DNA of 64,000 bases from Squalus acanthias (lineage: Eukaryota): assembly GCA_030390025.1 (NCBI GenBank), contig CM059432.1:79300001-79364000 (forward strand), written 5' to 3'. The notes below the pieces were generated by a model. That model was not told where the DNA came from. It searched no databases and saw only the letters and a program-made list of their open reading frames with translations. Shown here in pieces: positions 26,006 through 38,963 of this stretch. The first letter of the stretch is position 1. Every line of letters starts with the position of its first letter. A program made the position numbers and the translations under genes.

Positions 26006-26590
26006 GCCTGGTCAACATTTCTCCTTCAAACACCACCAACAATAAAAATTAACCAGTTAGTCATTTCATTTGTTATCTTTCATGTTCTCAAGATAGCCTA
26101 AACTGCTTTACAACCAATTAATTATTTTTGAAGTGTAGTCACTGTTATGTAAGCAAATTCAGCAGCCAATTTGTGCACAGCGAGGTCCAAAGACAACAAA
26201 TGAAATGACATCAGGAGAACTCTACTCGTCTTTCAAATAGTGCTAGGGGATCCTTTACATGCACTTGATTGGGCATGAAGGGTTTTAGTTTCACATCTCA
26301 TCCAAAAGACAGTGAGGTAGAATTTCCGCAGGGGTTCCCTGATCTCCCACCATAACTTTGGTGGAAACCCCGGTGACACGGAAAACAGCCATTTACTCCT
26401 TTTCTGCCAGGAGAAACCTTTTATGGCAGAAGAATCCCTGCAGAAGTTACTGAGGAGTACCTCCAACATGGCAGCACTTCCTCAGTGCTGCGCTGAAGTT
26501 ACAGCCTAGATTATATGCCCAAGGCCTGAAGTGGGGCTTGAATCCACATCTTTCTGACTCAGGCAAAAGTTGCATCCAACTCAGCCAACC
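26006..26590 (-). mobile_element. Degenerate copy of the Deu-type SINE
   Basis: Patchy match to 28148-28600 (cagccaatttgtgcacagc, aaatagtgc..gggatc, catctcatcc.aaagacag). Confidence 0.6.
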
Positions 26591-27493
26591 TGACATTTTT
26601 TATTATATTAAAGGTACTTATAGTATTCTGTTGCAGTTTTGCTTTGTTTAATGTGATATGTGCCAGTCTTGCTGGATCTTATTTTTGTTGATTTTTTTTT
26701 GTGATTCACTGCATACATGTCTTTTTCAGTTGTGAACCAATCTTAATCTTGCACCACAGTAAATTGGCAAAATAATGAATTTGCCCTAAATGTAGGCGCA
26801 AAACTGGCCAGTCTCAAGTGGACTGTTTGTTGCCTCCCCACTCACTGGCCCTGATATTAATCTAAAAGCAGTCTCCGATCGGGGTGGAATTGCATGGGTG
26901 AAACGCAGATGTCAACTCAGCGGGTTGGAATCTGTGATCGCAGCTCAATTGAAGCTATTAATTTTGATTTCTGGGTTTCGCATCTCCAAGCTATGTAGCA
27001 GACGTGAGGAACACTCGCATGAAGCAAACTCCGCAGAATTTAAAGGGACAGTGCACTGATGGAAATTGGTGGTGTTCACGATGGATGGTGGACATAGAGC
27101 AAGGGCAGCACCCAGATTCAATGGTGCATCACTGGGATTGCTACTTTTCCCCAAAAATGCAAGGAAGAAACCTGCGGCTCTAACCAAGAAGGCATGGTTG
27201 GAGGTAACTGAGGAGATGATCAGCAGAAGCGTTGTGCCCAGATCTTGGATGCAATGCAGGAAGCGGTTTAATGACCTAATCAGGTCAGAAAAAGTGAGTA
27301 CATTTGCTGATTCAAGTATATCCTGTGGTTTAGCCCGCTGCCCCCTTTCACTCTGTCTTGCTAAGCGTACTCCATTACATCACTCCTCACACCCATTAAA
27401 TTTTCAGCAGCACCCAGCCTTAACTTTCTATGCACTACCTCAACTCCCCATTAATCCGTCCACCGTTGCCACTCACCCCAATTCTTATGCAAT

Positions 27494-28078
27494 CTTCTTC
27501 TTAGGCAGTCCCTCGGAACCGAAGATGACTTGCTTCCACATTAAAAATGAGTTCTCAGGTGACTGATGAGTCCAATGTGGGACCTACAGTCTCTGTCACA
27601 GATGGGGCAGACGGTGGTTGAAGGGGCGGGTGGGTTGGGTGCTTGGGTTGACGTGCGCTCCTTCCGCTGTTTGCGCTTGGCTTCCGCTTGCTCCCGGCGA
27701 AGAGACTCGAGGTATTCGGTGCCTTCCCGGATGCTTCTCCTCCACTTTGTACGGTCTTGGGCCAGGGATTCCCAGGTGTCGGTAGGGATGTTGCATTTTT
27801 TCAAGGAGGCTTTGAGGCTGTCCTTGAAGCGTTTCCTCTGCCCACCTGGGGCTCTCTTGCCGTGTCAGAGCTCCGAGTAGAGCGCTTGTTTTGGGAGTCT
27901 CGTATCAGGCATGCGGACGATGTGACCCGTCCATCGGAGCTGATCGAGCATGGTCAAAGCTTCGATGCTGGGGCTGTTGGCCTGAGCGAGAACACTGACA
28001 TTGGTGCGCCTATCCTGCCAATGGATTTGCAGGATCTTGCGAAGGCAGCATTGGTGGTACCTCTCCAGTGCTTTGAGG
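27494..28078 (-). mobile_element. RTE-clade LINE 3' fragment
   Basis: LRWTGHIVRMPDTRLPKQALYSEL and CPICDRDCRSHIGLISH; (aag)n tail; tgcaat TSD at 27488-27493 and 28079-28084. Confidence 0.88.
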
Positions 28079-28147
28079 TGCAATGTGATGCATCTGTCTC
28101 ATAGTTACTCTCACCGAATCCATCTTGACAATGCATCCATCAGGTGA

Positions 28148-28600
28148 ATAAGAAAGACTTGCATTTATATAGTGCTTTTCACGACCACCAGACGTCTCAA
28201 CGCGCTTTACAGCCAATGAAGCATTTTTGAAGTGGAGTCACGGTTGTAATGTGGGAAACGCGGCAGCCAATTTGCACACAGCAAGCTCCCACAAACAGCA
28301 ATGTGATAATGACCAGATAATCTGTTTTTATATGTTGGTTGAGGGATAAATATTGGCCAGGACACCGGGGATAACTCCCCTGCTCTTCTTCGAAATAGTG
28401 CCATGGGATCTTTTACGTCCACCTGAGAAAGCAGACAGGGCCTCGGTTTAACGTCTCATCCGAAAGACAGCACCTCCGACAGTGCAACACCCCCTCAACA
28501 CTGCACTGGAGTGTCAGCCTAGCTTTATGTGCTCAAGTCCCTGGAGTGGGACTTGAACCCACAACCTTCTGACTCAGAGGCGAGTGTGCTACCATCTGAC
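28148..28600 (-). mobile_element. tRNA-derived Deu-type SINE (SacSINE1/AmnSINE1-like central domain)
   Basis: tRNA-like head (ggttcaagtccc) and central ggatgagacgttaaaccgagg...aaagatcccatggcact...ccccggtgtcctggccaa, recalled as the Deu domain; L2-like tail. Confidence 0.75.
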
Positions 28601-29952
28601 CTTCATTCACTCACAGGTCTGTTTTTTAGCCCCTTGTAGGAGAAGAGAGCGCAAAACGCAAGGGACAGGGAGACGACTGGAGGTGGCCCACCACAAATAG
28701 TCCAGCTAACAGATGCAGAGGAGGAGGCCCTGGAGATAAGTGGCACATCTGCATCCTTCTCAGTCAAAGATGGGGAGACAGGGAGCTCACAGATAACTAG
28801 TGACAGAATTACAAATATCTCTGACACGCATATACTAACTTTATTTTATCAATGACTGAACTTCGAGAAGATTGAGTATGGTGATTGACAAGATTTGAGG
28901 GCTAAATTCAATAGTCCCCAAAAACGGGCGCAGGGATCGTGATCCGTGATTAACCCGCGCCTGTTGCTTCCGATGCAGGCAGTATGCAAACTTCGTGCTG
29001 CCTGCTAATTTAAATGATTGAAGCACGCAGCCAGTACAAAATGTGCTGTTGAGTGGCTGCACACCTCAGCAGGGGGCCCAAGTTTGTGCAAGGCTAGCCT
29101 GCACCTCTTAAAGGGGAGGTGCATTCTAGCTGGAGCAGGTGCTGGAACTCTTTGTGGAAGAGAGTCTGAGCAGGAAGAAGACGGAATTATGGCGCAACAG
29201 GGGAGAGAGCGTGCTCCAAGCTTCTCTGATACTGCACTTGAGGCCTTGGTGGAGGAGATGGACAGGAGGAGAGAGGTCCTCTATCCACAGGGGGCCAGAA
29301 GGCCCTCTAGACAAACTCTGCAAAGGCAGTGGGAGCAGATAGCCGTGGCAGTCAATGCCAGGAGTCAAGCACCGAGGACCTGGATGCAGTGCCGCAAGAA
29401 GTTCAAATGGCCTCACACAAGTGGTCAAGGTCAGTGAATTCATCTTTAAATGCCATATCCCACCGACTGATTACTAGGATTGCTGAGGCGCCGCGCCAGG
29501 GGAGCGGCAGTGGCTCCAAGATGCACGAACCTGCTGTCCTCTCTCTGGTTGACAGCATTCGTCCTCCCACCCATGCAACTCCGTCAGTGCCCTTGCTGTT
29601 GCCTGTCAGCCAGCCAGTCCAGACTGCTGCCGCCGATGCTGAGATGGTGCAGTCTGAAGCCAGGCCTTCTAGGCCCTGAGCTGCTCGAGGTCGTCCTCCA
29701 AGGCCATCTGCAGTCTCCCCCACTGAAAGTCAACAGCCTTCCACCAGCCATGCTGCAGCCACTGGGGTAGCACTGCGTAGGAGCACTAGGATGGGCAAAG
29801 GCACACGGAAGACAAGCAATAAGGGAATGCACAAGGGTGATTAGTTGACATTTGTATGCAATAAGGCATGGATGATTTATAAATTTGGTTTGGAATGTTT
29901 ATTTTGTGTTGGCTTTTATTTTTGCATTGTGACCAAGCGAACACTGTGATGG

Positions 29953-30447
29953 TAAGAGAACATAAGAAACAGGAGCTGGAGTAGGCCATTTGGCCCTTCA
30001 AGCCTGCTCCGCCATTCAACAAGATCATGGCTGATCTTCTATCTCAACTCCACCTTCCCGCACTATCCCCATATCCCTTAATTCCTTTCGTTCTCAAAAA
30101 TGTATCGACTTCTGTTTTGAATATACTCAACAACTGAGCATCCACAGCTCTCTGGGGTAGAGAATTCCAAAGATTCACAACCCTTTGAGTGAAGAAATTT
30201 CTCCTCATCTCAGTCCTAAATGGCCTACCCCTTATTCTGTGACTGTGACCCCGTGTTCTAGATTCCCCAGCCAGGGGAAACATTTTCCCAGCATTAACCC
30301 TGTCAAGCCCCTTAAGAATTCTATATATTTCAATTAGATCACCTCTCATTCTTCTAAACTCTAAGGAATATAGGCCTAGTCTACTCAATCTGTCCTCATA
30401 GGGCAATCCCCTCAACCCAGGAACCAGTCTAGTGAACCTTTGCTGCA
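29953..30447 (-). mobile_element. CR1 3' fragment
   Basis: ORF 30044-30514 (RRMRGDLIE, FFTQRVVNLWNSLP). Confidence 0.88.
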
Positions 30448-32534
30448 TTAGGAAGGTAAGGTGTGGGACTGTTGGTGAATGGGAAATTGGGGTTGCAATT
30501 ACTGGTATTGCCACCAGATGAGTCGGTCACAGACAGCCCGGCCAGAAAGTGACTGTCTAGGTTGCCTCCTCCCTTCCTCTTCCTCCTCCTCCTCCTGTGC
30601 TGGTTGCCATATAGCTGGTGGCAAGGGCTGTGCCATCATGACGGCGAGGTTGTGCAACATGCAGCAGACCACCACGAATCTTGACATCCGCTCTGCCGAG
30701 TACTGCAGGGCTCCTCCAGAGCGGTCCAGGAAGCGGAAGTGTTGCTTCAGCACGCCAATGTCTGCTCAATGATATTTTGTGTGGCAACATGGCTTTCGTT
30801 GAATGAATGCTGTCCATGTGTGTGTGGGTTGCGCCCCGGAGTCATGAGCCATGCTGGATAGCACTTGTCACTCAGTAGCCAACCTCTGGTTTGCCACAGA
30901 ATGAAGGCATCATGACTGTTGCCAGGAAGTTGGGCATTCATTTGCATGATTCAGCTGGACATTGAGGGAGTGGAATCCCTTTCAGTTGCGGTACATCTTA
31001 GATTTTACATGCGGCGCCCGTAAATTGACGAATGTGCAGTCAATGGCATCATGCACCATGGGGAAGCTTGAAATCCTCGCAAAGCTGCATGCTCGCTCCG
31101 ACTGCTGCTCTCTGGCCAGAGAGAATGAAATGTATTCAGCTCTCCTGGAATACAGAGCCTCAGTTACTTCCCTTATGCAACAGTGGATGGCAAATTGGGA
31201 GATGTTGCTAATATCTCCTGCTCCAGCCTGGAAGGAGCCCAACGCATAAAAGTTCATGGCCACCGTGACCTTTACAGCCACTGGCAATGCAGCCCTGCTC
31301 TGAGGTTGCAGTTGTGGCTGCAGCAGGTGGCAGATTTCAGTGAAGACGTCCTTGGTGAAGTGCAGACATCTGACATGCTGTTCCTTGCTAAGGTGTCAAA
31401 TCAGCGTTACGCTCGCAGGCCGTAGCACACCACTATTATTCTGGACACTCTCGTTGGCAAGTACTGAAGGGCACCTCTAGATCTATCTAGGCACTTGAAT
31501 TGCATCTTCAACATTCCAATGGCTTGCTCTATGACACACAGGTGATCATGTGGCTCTCGTTGTAGCGCTCCTGCACTTCACTGGTGGGGTTCCTCACAGG
31601 TGTCATGAGCCAAGTTTGAAGGGGTTATGCCTTGTCTCCTATGAGCCAGCCCTTAAGTCTGCTTTCTGCAACAAAAAGGTCTGGAATGTTGGACTGCCGC
31701 AGTATGAATGCATCATAACAGCTCCCAGGGAATCTGGCGCAAACCTGCACAAACCTCTTCTTGTGGCTACACATTGATGGATGAATATCCCTTGCAGTTT
31801 ATAACAACTGCTGGTTGCTGTGATGGTGCTTGGATTGCCACGTGTGTGCAGTCGATGGCACCCTGTACCTGTGGGAATCAAGCTAGAGAGGCAAATCTGA
31901 GTGCCCGCTCATTATGGCTATTGTCATCACGGGAAGTTTGCATAACTCCCAACCCTGGCAAACAATCCATCGGTCACCTGCCTTATGCATTTATGTGCAG
32001 CGGACTGCGAGACCCTCGAGATGTCTCTGGTAGCGTCCTGGAAGGAATCAGAGGCAAAAAAATTGAGGTCGGTGGTAACCTTCACAACCACTGGTAATGC
32101 ATGTCTGCCAGATCCACCAAGTAGCAAGTCTTCTTCTCGGAGGGTGCAAATGTCTACCACCACCTGACGTGACAACCTTATTGTATTAATCAATAGCACA
32201 CAATGATAATTGTAAAATAATCAGCACATATCAATTGAATACATCATTAAGAAGTCACAAGCATGCAGTATCTTTGACAATCCCCAAAACGCTGACCATT
32301 GACAACTCAATTTTATCATATTAAAGCCAATTTAAGAAAATATTTTTGTTCTAGGTTGAAGAACCACAGCTAGCTAACAAGCAGATTTCTAGGACAGGCA
32401 ATTTTGACAGCAGCATGATGTCTTTTCTAAAATTAGGAAGTCAAGATGAAGGACAGCAAGATTGAAAATAGTAATATAAAGAGTATGAGGTAAATCAGGA
32501 AATAGTGATTAGATAACGGCAAGCTTAAAAGCTT

Positions 32535-33380
32535 GAAGATGCTTGGGCGTGTAATTGGCAAATGAATTTCAATGTAGGTAAGTGTGAGGTCGTGCATGTT
32601 GGTAGGAAGAATAAGGAAGCCACATACTGCTTGGATAATAAGAGTCTAAATGGGGTAGAGGATCAAAGGGATCTCGGGGTATAGATACACAAATCACTAA
32701 AAGTAGTGATGCAGGTTAATAGGGCCATAAAAAAAAGTAAACCAAGCACCTGAGGTTCATTTCTAGAGAGATAAAATAGAAAAGCAGAGAAACTATGTTA
32801 AACTTGTATAGAACCTAGAATAGACCACTCTTGGAGTACTGTGCACAGTTCTGGTCTTCATATTGTAAAGAGGATATCAAGGCACTAGAGAAGGTGCAAA
32901 AAATATTCACAAGGATGATACCAGAACTGAGAGGATATACTTATCAGGACAGGCTGAGCAGGCTGGGGCTTTTTTCTCTAGAAAAGAGAAGACTGAGGGG
33001 CGACCTGATAGAGGTCTTTAAGATTATGAAAGGGTAGACGTAGAGAAAATGTTTCCACTTGTGGGGGCGTCCAAAACTAAAGGTCATAAATATAAGATAG
33101 TTACTAATAAATCCAGAAGGGGATTCAGGAGAAAGTTCTTTACCTAAAGAGTGGTAAGAATGTGGAACTCGCTACCACAAGGAACAGTTGAGGCAAATAG
33201 AATAGATGCATTTAAGGGGAAACTAGATAAGCACATGAGGGAGAAAGGAAAAGAAGGATATTCTGATAGGGTTGATGAAGTGGGATGGAAGGTGGCTCGT
33301 GTGGCGCATAAATGCCGGCATAGACCAGTTGGGCCGAATGGCCTGTTTTTGTGCTGTAGACTCTATGTAACTCTATGTAA
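32535..33380 (+). mobile_element. CR1 3' fragment
   Basis: ORFs 32831-33037 and 33151-33405; (ctctatgtaa) tail. Confidence 0.85.
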
Positions 33381-34335
33381 GATTGTACGGGGAAGGGAAG
33401 AATGAGGGAGTTAAGGAGTTCCATGGTTTTGAGATCCTGGGAAAGAATGAATTGGGTTTTTCGAGGTCTGGCTGGTAGCACAGAGCCTTGCTGTGGCAGG
33501 CACTGGTCAGGAAAAGGGTCTCCAACCTCATGTGCCACATTCTTACCGATTGTCGCAGGCAATTTTGTGAAGGAAAAAGTAGGTCTTGCTACAGCTATGA
33601 GAAACCTCACTTTACATAGTATAATTATTCAAATGAAGTCACATGCCAAGTTTCTTGATGTCAGGCAGACCTCTGCCCACAGTCTGCTTCTCATTCATAT
33701 AAACTAGGTGCTTCATTAGAGAAATGGACTTGATCTGCTTTATACATTGTCTTAAAGTTAGGTTGTATTTGGATAGTGATTGACAACTTTTAAGCAGTAG
33801 TGGGGGCTGGGCACTTGTTTATGTTTATGTATCCTGGATGACCAAAGGCCGTAAGGCCCATTCATACTAGCCCTATCTATAGCTTCAGTAGCCAGCTCAG
33901 AAGTCCTCGAGGAAAAAGTTCCTCCCCAACTCCTCATTGGCAATCAGGCAAGCCCCAGCCTCTCTCTTTATTATCCAGGAATAATATCCAGGAAATACCT
34001 TCCATATGATGTGATAACTTTGCTATGCAGAAATCCATCGAACGCCGTTTTGAGGGTCTGTAGTGAATCAGTCTTCACTCCTTCCTCCGGCATCTGGTTG
34101 ATCACCCTGTGGGGAAAAGTAAAGCTTCCAGACATCTTACTTCACCTGCTGCTTCTTCAGTTTGTACTGGTGATCCCTAGTTCTGCACAACCTCATCACA
34201 TCAAACTTCCCATCTTTTTGCATGGTGTCAATGCCTTTAATAATCTTAACTATGGGGATCAAATCCCCTCTTAAGTCTCTGGGGTAGATTTTCATCTGGG
34301 CCTGTTTTCATGATCATTTCTGTATTTTTCTGCAG

Positions 34336-34541
34336 GCTGTTAACATATAGTCTGAGTCTTGTGCCTTGTGGAGTGCGACATTTGCCATCATACGAGATTT
34401 TTGCTACAGTCTCCAAAGACGAACATGGAACTGGCACTGCCAAAGTTCAAGCAGGCTCTGCCCTACTGGCCAAGGGGGGTATCTGCTATATCGGAGAACT
34501 TTTTTCTCACAAAAAAGACAAACTTAAATTACTCCAGACAG
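34336..34541 (+). CDS. MCMDC2: MCMDC2 coding exon (LLTYSLSLVPCGVRH...QAGSALLAKGGICYIGELFSHKKDKLKLLQT)
   Basis: ORF 34310-34582. tgcag acceptor and G|gtatgg donor. MCM-like AGSALLAKGGIC motif. Confidence 0.95.
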
Positions 34542-34632
34542 GTATGGTGCATACTTCACTACCATGTGCACTGAACAGTTAATGTTTAACAGAACTTTAC
34601 ATTGAAAATTTCTCTCACTCTGTATGTATTAG

Positions 34633-34799
34633 TTTTAGAGACTAGGAGTACCACAGTGTTTATTTCTGGAAAAAAGTTTGGAGACGATGTTGATCAGCAG
34701 ATGTCCTTTCCAATTCACTGCAACTTCTGGGCATTGGCCGATGCTGATACACACCTAAAGAAAGCTATGCAACGGGAAGATGCTGTAATTGGGTCAGTG
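34633..34799 (+). CDS. MCMDC2: MCMDC2 coding exon (VLETRSTTVFISGKKFGDDVDQQMSFPIHCNFW...IGSV)
   Basis: ORF 34602-34910. Follows a 91-nt intron; ttag acceptor and GTG|gtaaga donor; phase consistent. Confidence 0.95.
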
Positions 34800-35098
34800 G
34801 TAAGACAAAATCATATAATACAACCTAGCCAGGCAGCATCTTATCGTTCCATCCATGCATTTCTGGCTTGTTATTTTCTGTGTGATTTTTTTTTAAATGG
34901 TCTTTATTAAATAAAAGTTGAAATTGGTGAATTTCTCTTTGGTTAAAAAATTCTTTACACACGCATTTTTAAAGGTATTTTCTTTCTATTATACATTGTT
35001 CACCAACCTAAAGATGGGAAGAAATCTCCCAGGCCTCTGCCAGTAGTCCCCTTTAAATACCGCTGGAGTGTTTTAGAGCAGCGCAGGCTGACTAATTG

Positions 35099-35720
35099 AG
35101 GGGAATTTTAACCCCCAAGAACGGGTGGTTTGGGGTGAGAATTTAAAAAAATTTAAATCTCAAACGCAACCCCAACCTGCCCACTTCGGGTTTTAACGGA
35201 GGGGGGGTTGAGGGGCGGACGACCAATCTACTCTCAGGAGGTGGGTTTGTCGAAAAAAAATGTTGTGGAGGTTGCGTACTTCCATTTTAACAGACTTTTT
35301 ATTTTTTACCCATTTCAGCCGGGTTTCCCGGGACTCAGGAATCCCGGTAGGTAAAAGGAGGCGAGAAGGGCCGAATCCATAACGTAAGTGCATTTATAGC
35401 ACTGCGTGTAGGCCAGGAGGAGCAGAAGTGTTTCCTCCAGGCCCAACAAGCTTACCTCCATCCTTCCCGTCACTGTATACCCCTCCCCCACGCCCACTGT
35501 GATCACCAACCCACGCCCCCACCTCCACAATCTCTGACTCCCATCCGATCTTCCCCCAACCACCTCCATGCTCTCCTCGCATGACCATGATCTCCCCCCA
35601 CCCCGACCACAAGCACCCCCCTTGACCATGATCTCCCCCCCACTTCCACGCTCCCCCCACCCCGTGACCACGAGCTCCCCCCCCCCCAACCATGATCTCA
35701 CCCCGACCTCGATCTCTCTC
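35099..35720. mobile_element. Partial C-rich Harbinger-like element
   Basis: Starts ggggaattttaacc like 46065; C-rich catgatc/cacgatc repeats. Confidence 0.6.
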
Positions 35721-35721
35721 C

Positions 35722-36220
35722 AGTCAAGCGGGCTGCTTTGTCCTGGATGGTGTAGAGCTTCTTGAGTGTTGTTGGAGCTGCACTCATCCAGGCAAGTGGA
35801 GAGTATTCTGTCGCACTCCTTACTTGTGCCTTGTAGATGGTGGAAAGGCTTTGGGGAGTCAGGAGGTGAGACACTCGCCGCAAAATACCTAGCCTCTGAC
35901 CTGCTCATGTTGCCACAGTATTTATGTGGCTGGTCCAGTTAAGTTTCTGGTCAATGGTGACCCCAGGATGTTGATAGTGGGGGATTCGGCGATGGTAATA
36001 CCATTGAATGTCATGGGGAGGTGGTTAGACTCTCGCTTGTTGGAGATAGTCATTACCTGGCAGTTCTGTGGCGCGAATGTTACCTGCCACTTATCAGCTC
36101 AAGCCTGAATGTCGTCCAGGTCTTGTTGCATGCGGGCATGGACTGCTTCATTATCTGAGGAGTTGTGAATGGAGCTGAACACTGTGCAGTCATCATCGAA
36201 CATCCCCATTTCTGACCTTT
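35722..36220 (-). mobile_element. LINE fragment, same family as 58226-60540
   Basis: YKAQVRSATEYSPLAWMSAAPTTLKKL. Confidence 0.85.
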
Positions 36221-36912
36221 GGTGGTTGATATTAACGTGACATAGTAACAACTGAACTTTGATAGCAAGTCATGATTATTAATGTTATGAGGAACATTGT
36301 CTTAAGTTAATAAAAAAGTAGAAGGTTTACAGCTTTGTCAAATATAATATGTAACGTCTCTTGTGCTTTAGTGGCACTGAGCCAATGTAATAAACACAGA
36401 AGCCTAGAAATTCAAGTAGGCCAGAAACCTGCCGGTAACACTGCCGGCCATGGCTAACAGCCGCCCACAGAGGGTGCGCAGGCAGCACCGGTATTTTGGT
36501 ACTGCCTGCTAATTTACATCAGCGGAGTGGAGAATTTGTGGTGCAACGCGCTCTTTCCGGCGCTAAGCTGAGCAGGAAGCCAAAGGTCACGTCTGTTGCT
36601 GTTAGTATTTAAGGAAAACGAGGAACAAACGAGTCAACCTGTAGGCCATGTACGGAACAGTTGCCGTATTTATTATGACAATTTACCTGCCACCCGCTCA
36701 ACAATCAATGTTACAGTATTGCATTCAGCTATTGTGGAGAAAGCTCTTGTCGTTTAAAGCACATCAAAGTGGCACAAGCAAAGCTCTGGAACCTACCTAG
36801 GCAAGTGTGTCATCTTTTAAATCATGATGCGGAGATGCCGGTGTTGGACTGGGGTGGACAAAAGTGAGAAGTCGCACAACACCAGGTTATAGTCCAACAG
36901 TTTTATTTGAAA

Positions 36913-36950
36913 TCACAAGCTTTCGGAGCTGCTGCTCCTTCGTCAGGTGA
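36913..36950 (-). ncRNA. Minimal type I hammerhead ribozyme-like motif (PLE terminus)
   Basis: UCAC CUGACGA A GGAGC-AGCA-GCUCC GAA AGCU U GUGA: complete core, stems I and II, palindromic stem III. Confidence 0.65.
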
Positions 36951-37257
36951 AGTAAAGGAATACAAATCGACAAAGCATGTGTAGCGTACAATGGCAGACG
37001 ACTACATTTAATCCTCCTGACTGCCTTTTGTCACACCTCGGCAGATAAACAATCAGGTCAGCCAGGAAGGCACCACATCAAAGACATAGCAAGATACAAC
37101 TGAGACAATGAGGTGGGGTTACAGGGGGTCTAATGTGTCAAAAGCTGCAGTCTGTATGGAAAACGATAAACTTGAAAATTTTTACTTTTTTTTACTGGAA
37201 ATCACATCTGTGAACAAGCCAACGACGACTTGAGTCTGGATGACTCTACGTCATGTA

Positions 37258-38963
37258 TCATGACATGAACCCAAGATCCCGGTTGAGGCCGTCCTCATGA
37301 GTGCGGAACTTGGCTATCAGTTTCTGCTCGATGATTTTGCGTTGTCGTGTGTCTCTAAGGCCGCCTTGGAGAACGCTTACCCACAGATCCGAGGCTGAAT
37401 GTCCTTGACTGCTGAAGTGTTCCCCGACTGGGAGGGAACACTCCTGCCTGGCGATTATTGCGCGGTGTCCGTTCATACGTTGTCTCAGTGTCTGCATGGT
37501 CTCGCCGATGTACCATGCTCTGGGGCATCCTTTCCTGCAACGTATCAGGTAGACAACGTTGGCCGAGTCACATGAGTATGTACCATGTACCTGGTGGGTA
37601 GTGTCCTCACGTGTGATGATGGTATCTGTGTTGATGATCTGGCATGTCTTGCAGAGGTTGCCGTGGCAGGGTTGTGTGGTGTCGTGGTCGCTGTTATCCT
37701 GAAAGCTGGGTAATTTGCTGCGAACGATGGTACTTCTGAGGTTAGGCGGCTGTTTGAAGGCAAGTAGTGGAGGCGTGGGGATGGCCTTAGCGAGGTGTTC
37801 GTCGTCATCGATGACATGTTGAAGGCTGTGAAGAACATGGCGTAGTTTCTCCGCTCCGGGGAAGTACTGGACGACGTAGGGTACCCTGTTGGTTGTGTCC
37901 CGTGTTTGCCTTCTGAGGAGGTCTAAGCGATTTTTCGCTGTGGCCCGTCGGAACTGTCGATCGATGAGTCGAGCATCATATCCCGTTCTTACGAGGGCGT
38001 TTTTCAGCGTCCGTAGGTGTCCATCGCGTTCCTCCTCGTCTGAGCAGCTCCTGTGTATTCGCAGGGCTTGTCCATAGGGGATGGCTTCTTTAACGTGGTT
38101 AGGGTGGAAGCTGGAGAAGTGGAGCATCGTGAGGTTGTCCGTGGGCTTGCGGTAGAGTGAAGTGCTGAGGTGTCCGTCTTTGATGGAGATTCGTGTGTCC
38201 AGGAATGAAACCGATTCTGAGGAGTAGTCCATGGTGAGTTTGATGGTGGGATGGAACTTGTTGATGTTATCGTGTAGTCTTTTCAGTGATCCTTCGCCGT
38301 GGGTCCAAAGGAAGAAAATGTTGTCGATGTATCTGGTGTACAGCGTTGGCTGGAGGTCCTGTGCAGCGAAGAAGTCTTGCTCGAACTTGTGCATGAAGAT
38401 GTTGGCGTATTGGGGTGCGAATTTGGTCCCCATGGCTGTTCCGTGTGTTTGGGTAAAAAAATGGTTGTCGAAGGTGAAGACATTGTGGTCAAGGATGAAG
38501 CGGATGAGTTGTAGGATGGCGTCTGGAGATTGGCTGTTGTTGGTGTTGAGTACTGAGGCTGTCGCAGCGATGCCGTCATCGTGGGGGATACTGGTGTAGA
38601 GTGCCGATACGTCCATCGTGGCGAGGAGTGTTCCTGGTTCAACTGGTCCGTGGGTGCTGAGTTTCTGTAAGAAGTCAGTGGTGTCACGGCAGAAGCTGGG
38701 GGTTCCCTGTACGATGGGTTTCAGGATGCCCTCGACGTATCCAGAGAGGTTCTCACACAGGGTTCCGTTGCCTGATACGATAGGACGTCCGGGTGTGTTG
38801 GCTTTGTGTATCTTTGGGAGGCAGTAGAAGTCTTCCACGCGGGGAGTATGTGGGATGAGAGCGCGTAGGATGCCTTGAAGGTCTGGATCGAAGGTCTTGA
38901 TCAGTCTATTGAGTTGGCGGGTGTGTTCTTTGGTCGGATCTGCGGGTAACTGTCTGTAGTGTT
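37258..38963 (-). pseudogene. Penelope RT plus GIY-YIG endonuclease ORF (5'-truncated; stop 4 codons early)
   Basis: LPKIHK, MDVSALYT, GTAMG, RYIDN and NVVYLIRC...YIGET. The + copy has CGA where this copy has TGA. Confidence 0.9.

Larger units (their letters stand above)
26846..32200. mobile_element. Nested cluster of decayed Harbinger transposons (Myb/SANT remnants on +, HARBI1-type DDE transposase remnants on -)
   Basis: Myb exons at about 27081-27293, 28640-28799 and 29188-29437. Transposase fragments VAVKVTVAMNFYALGSFQ, AIDCT and CCMLHN at 30490-31400, plus a second copy at 31430-32190. Confidence 0.85.

Noticed and set aside
30490..32190. Host HARBI1 gene
   Set aside because: Fragmented by stops and frameshifts, present twice, and embedded in transposon sequence.
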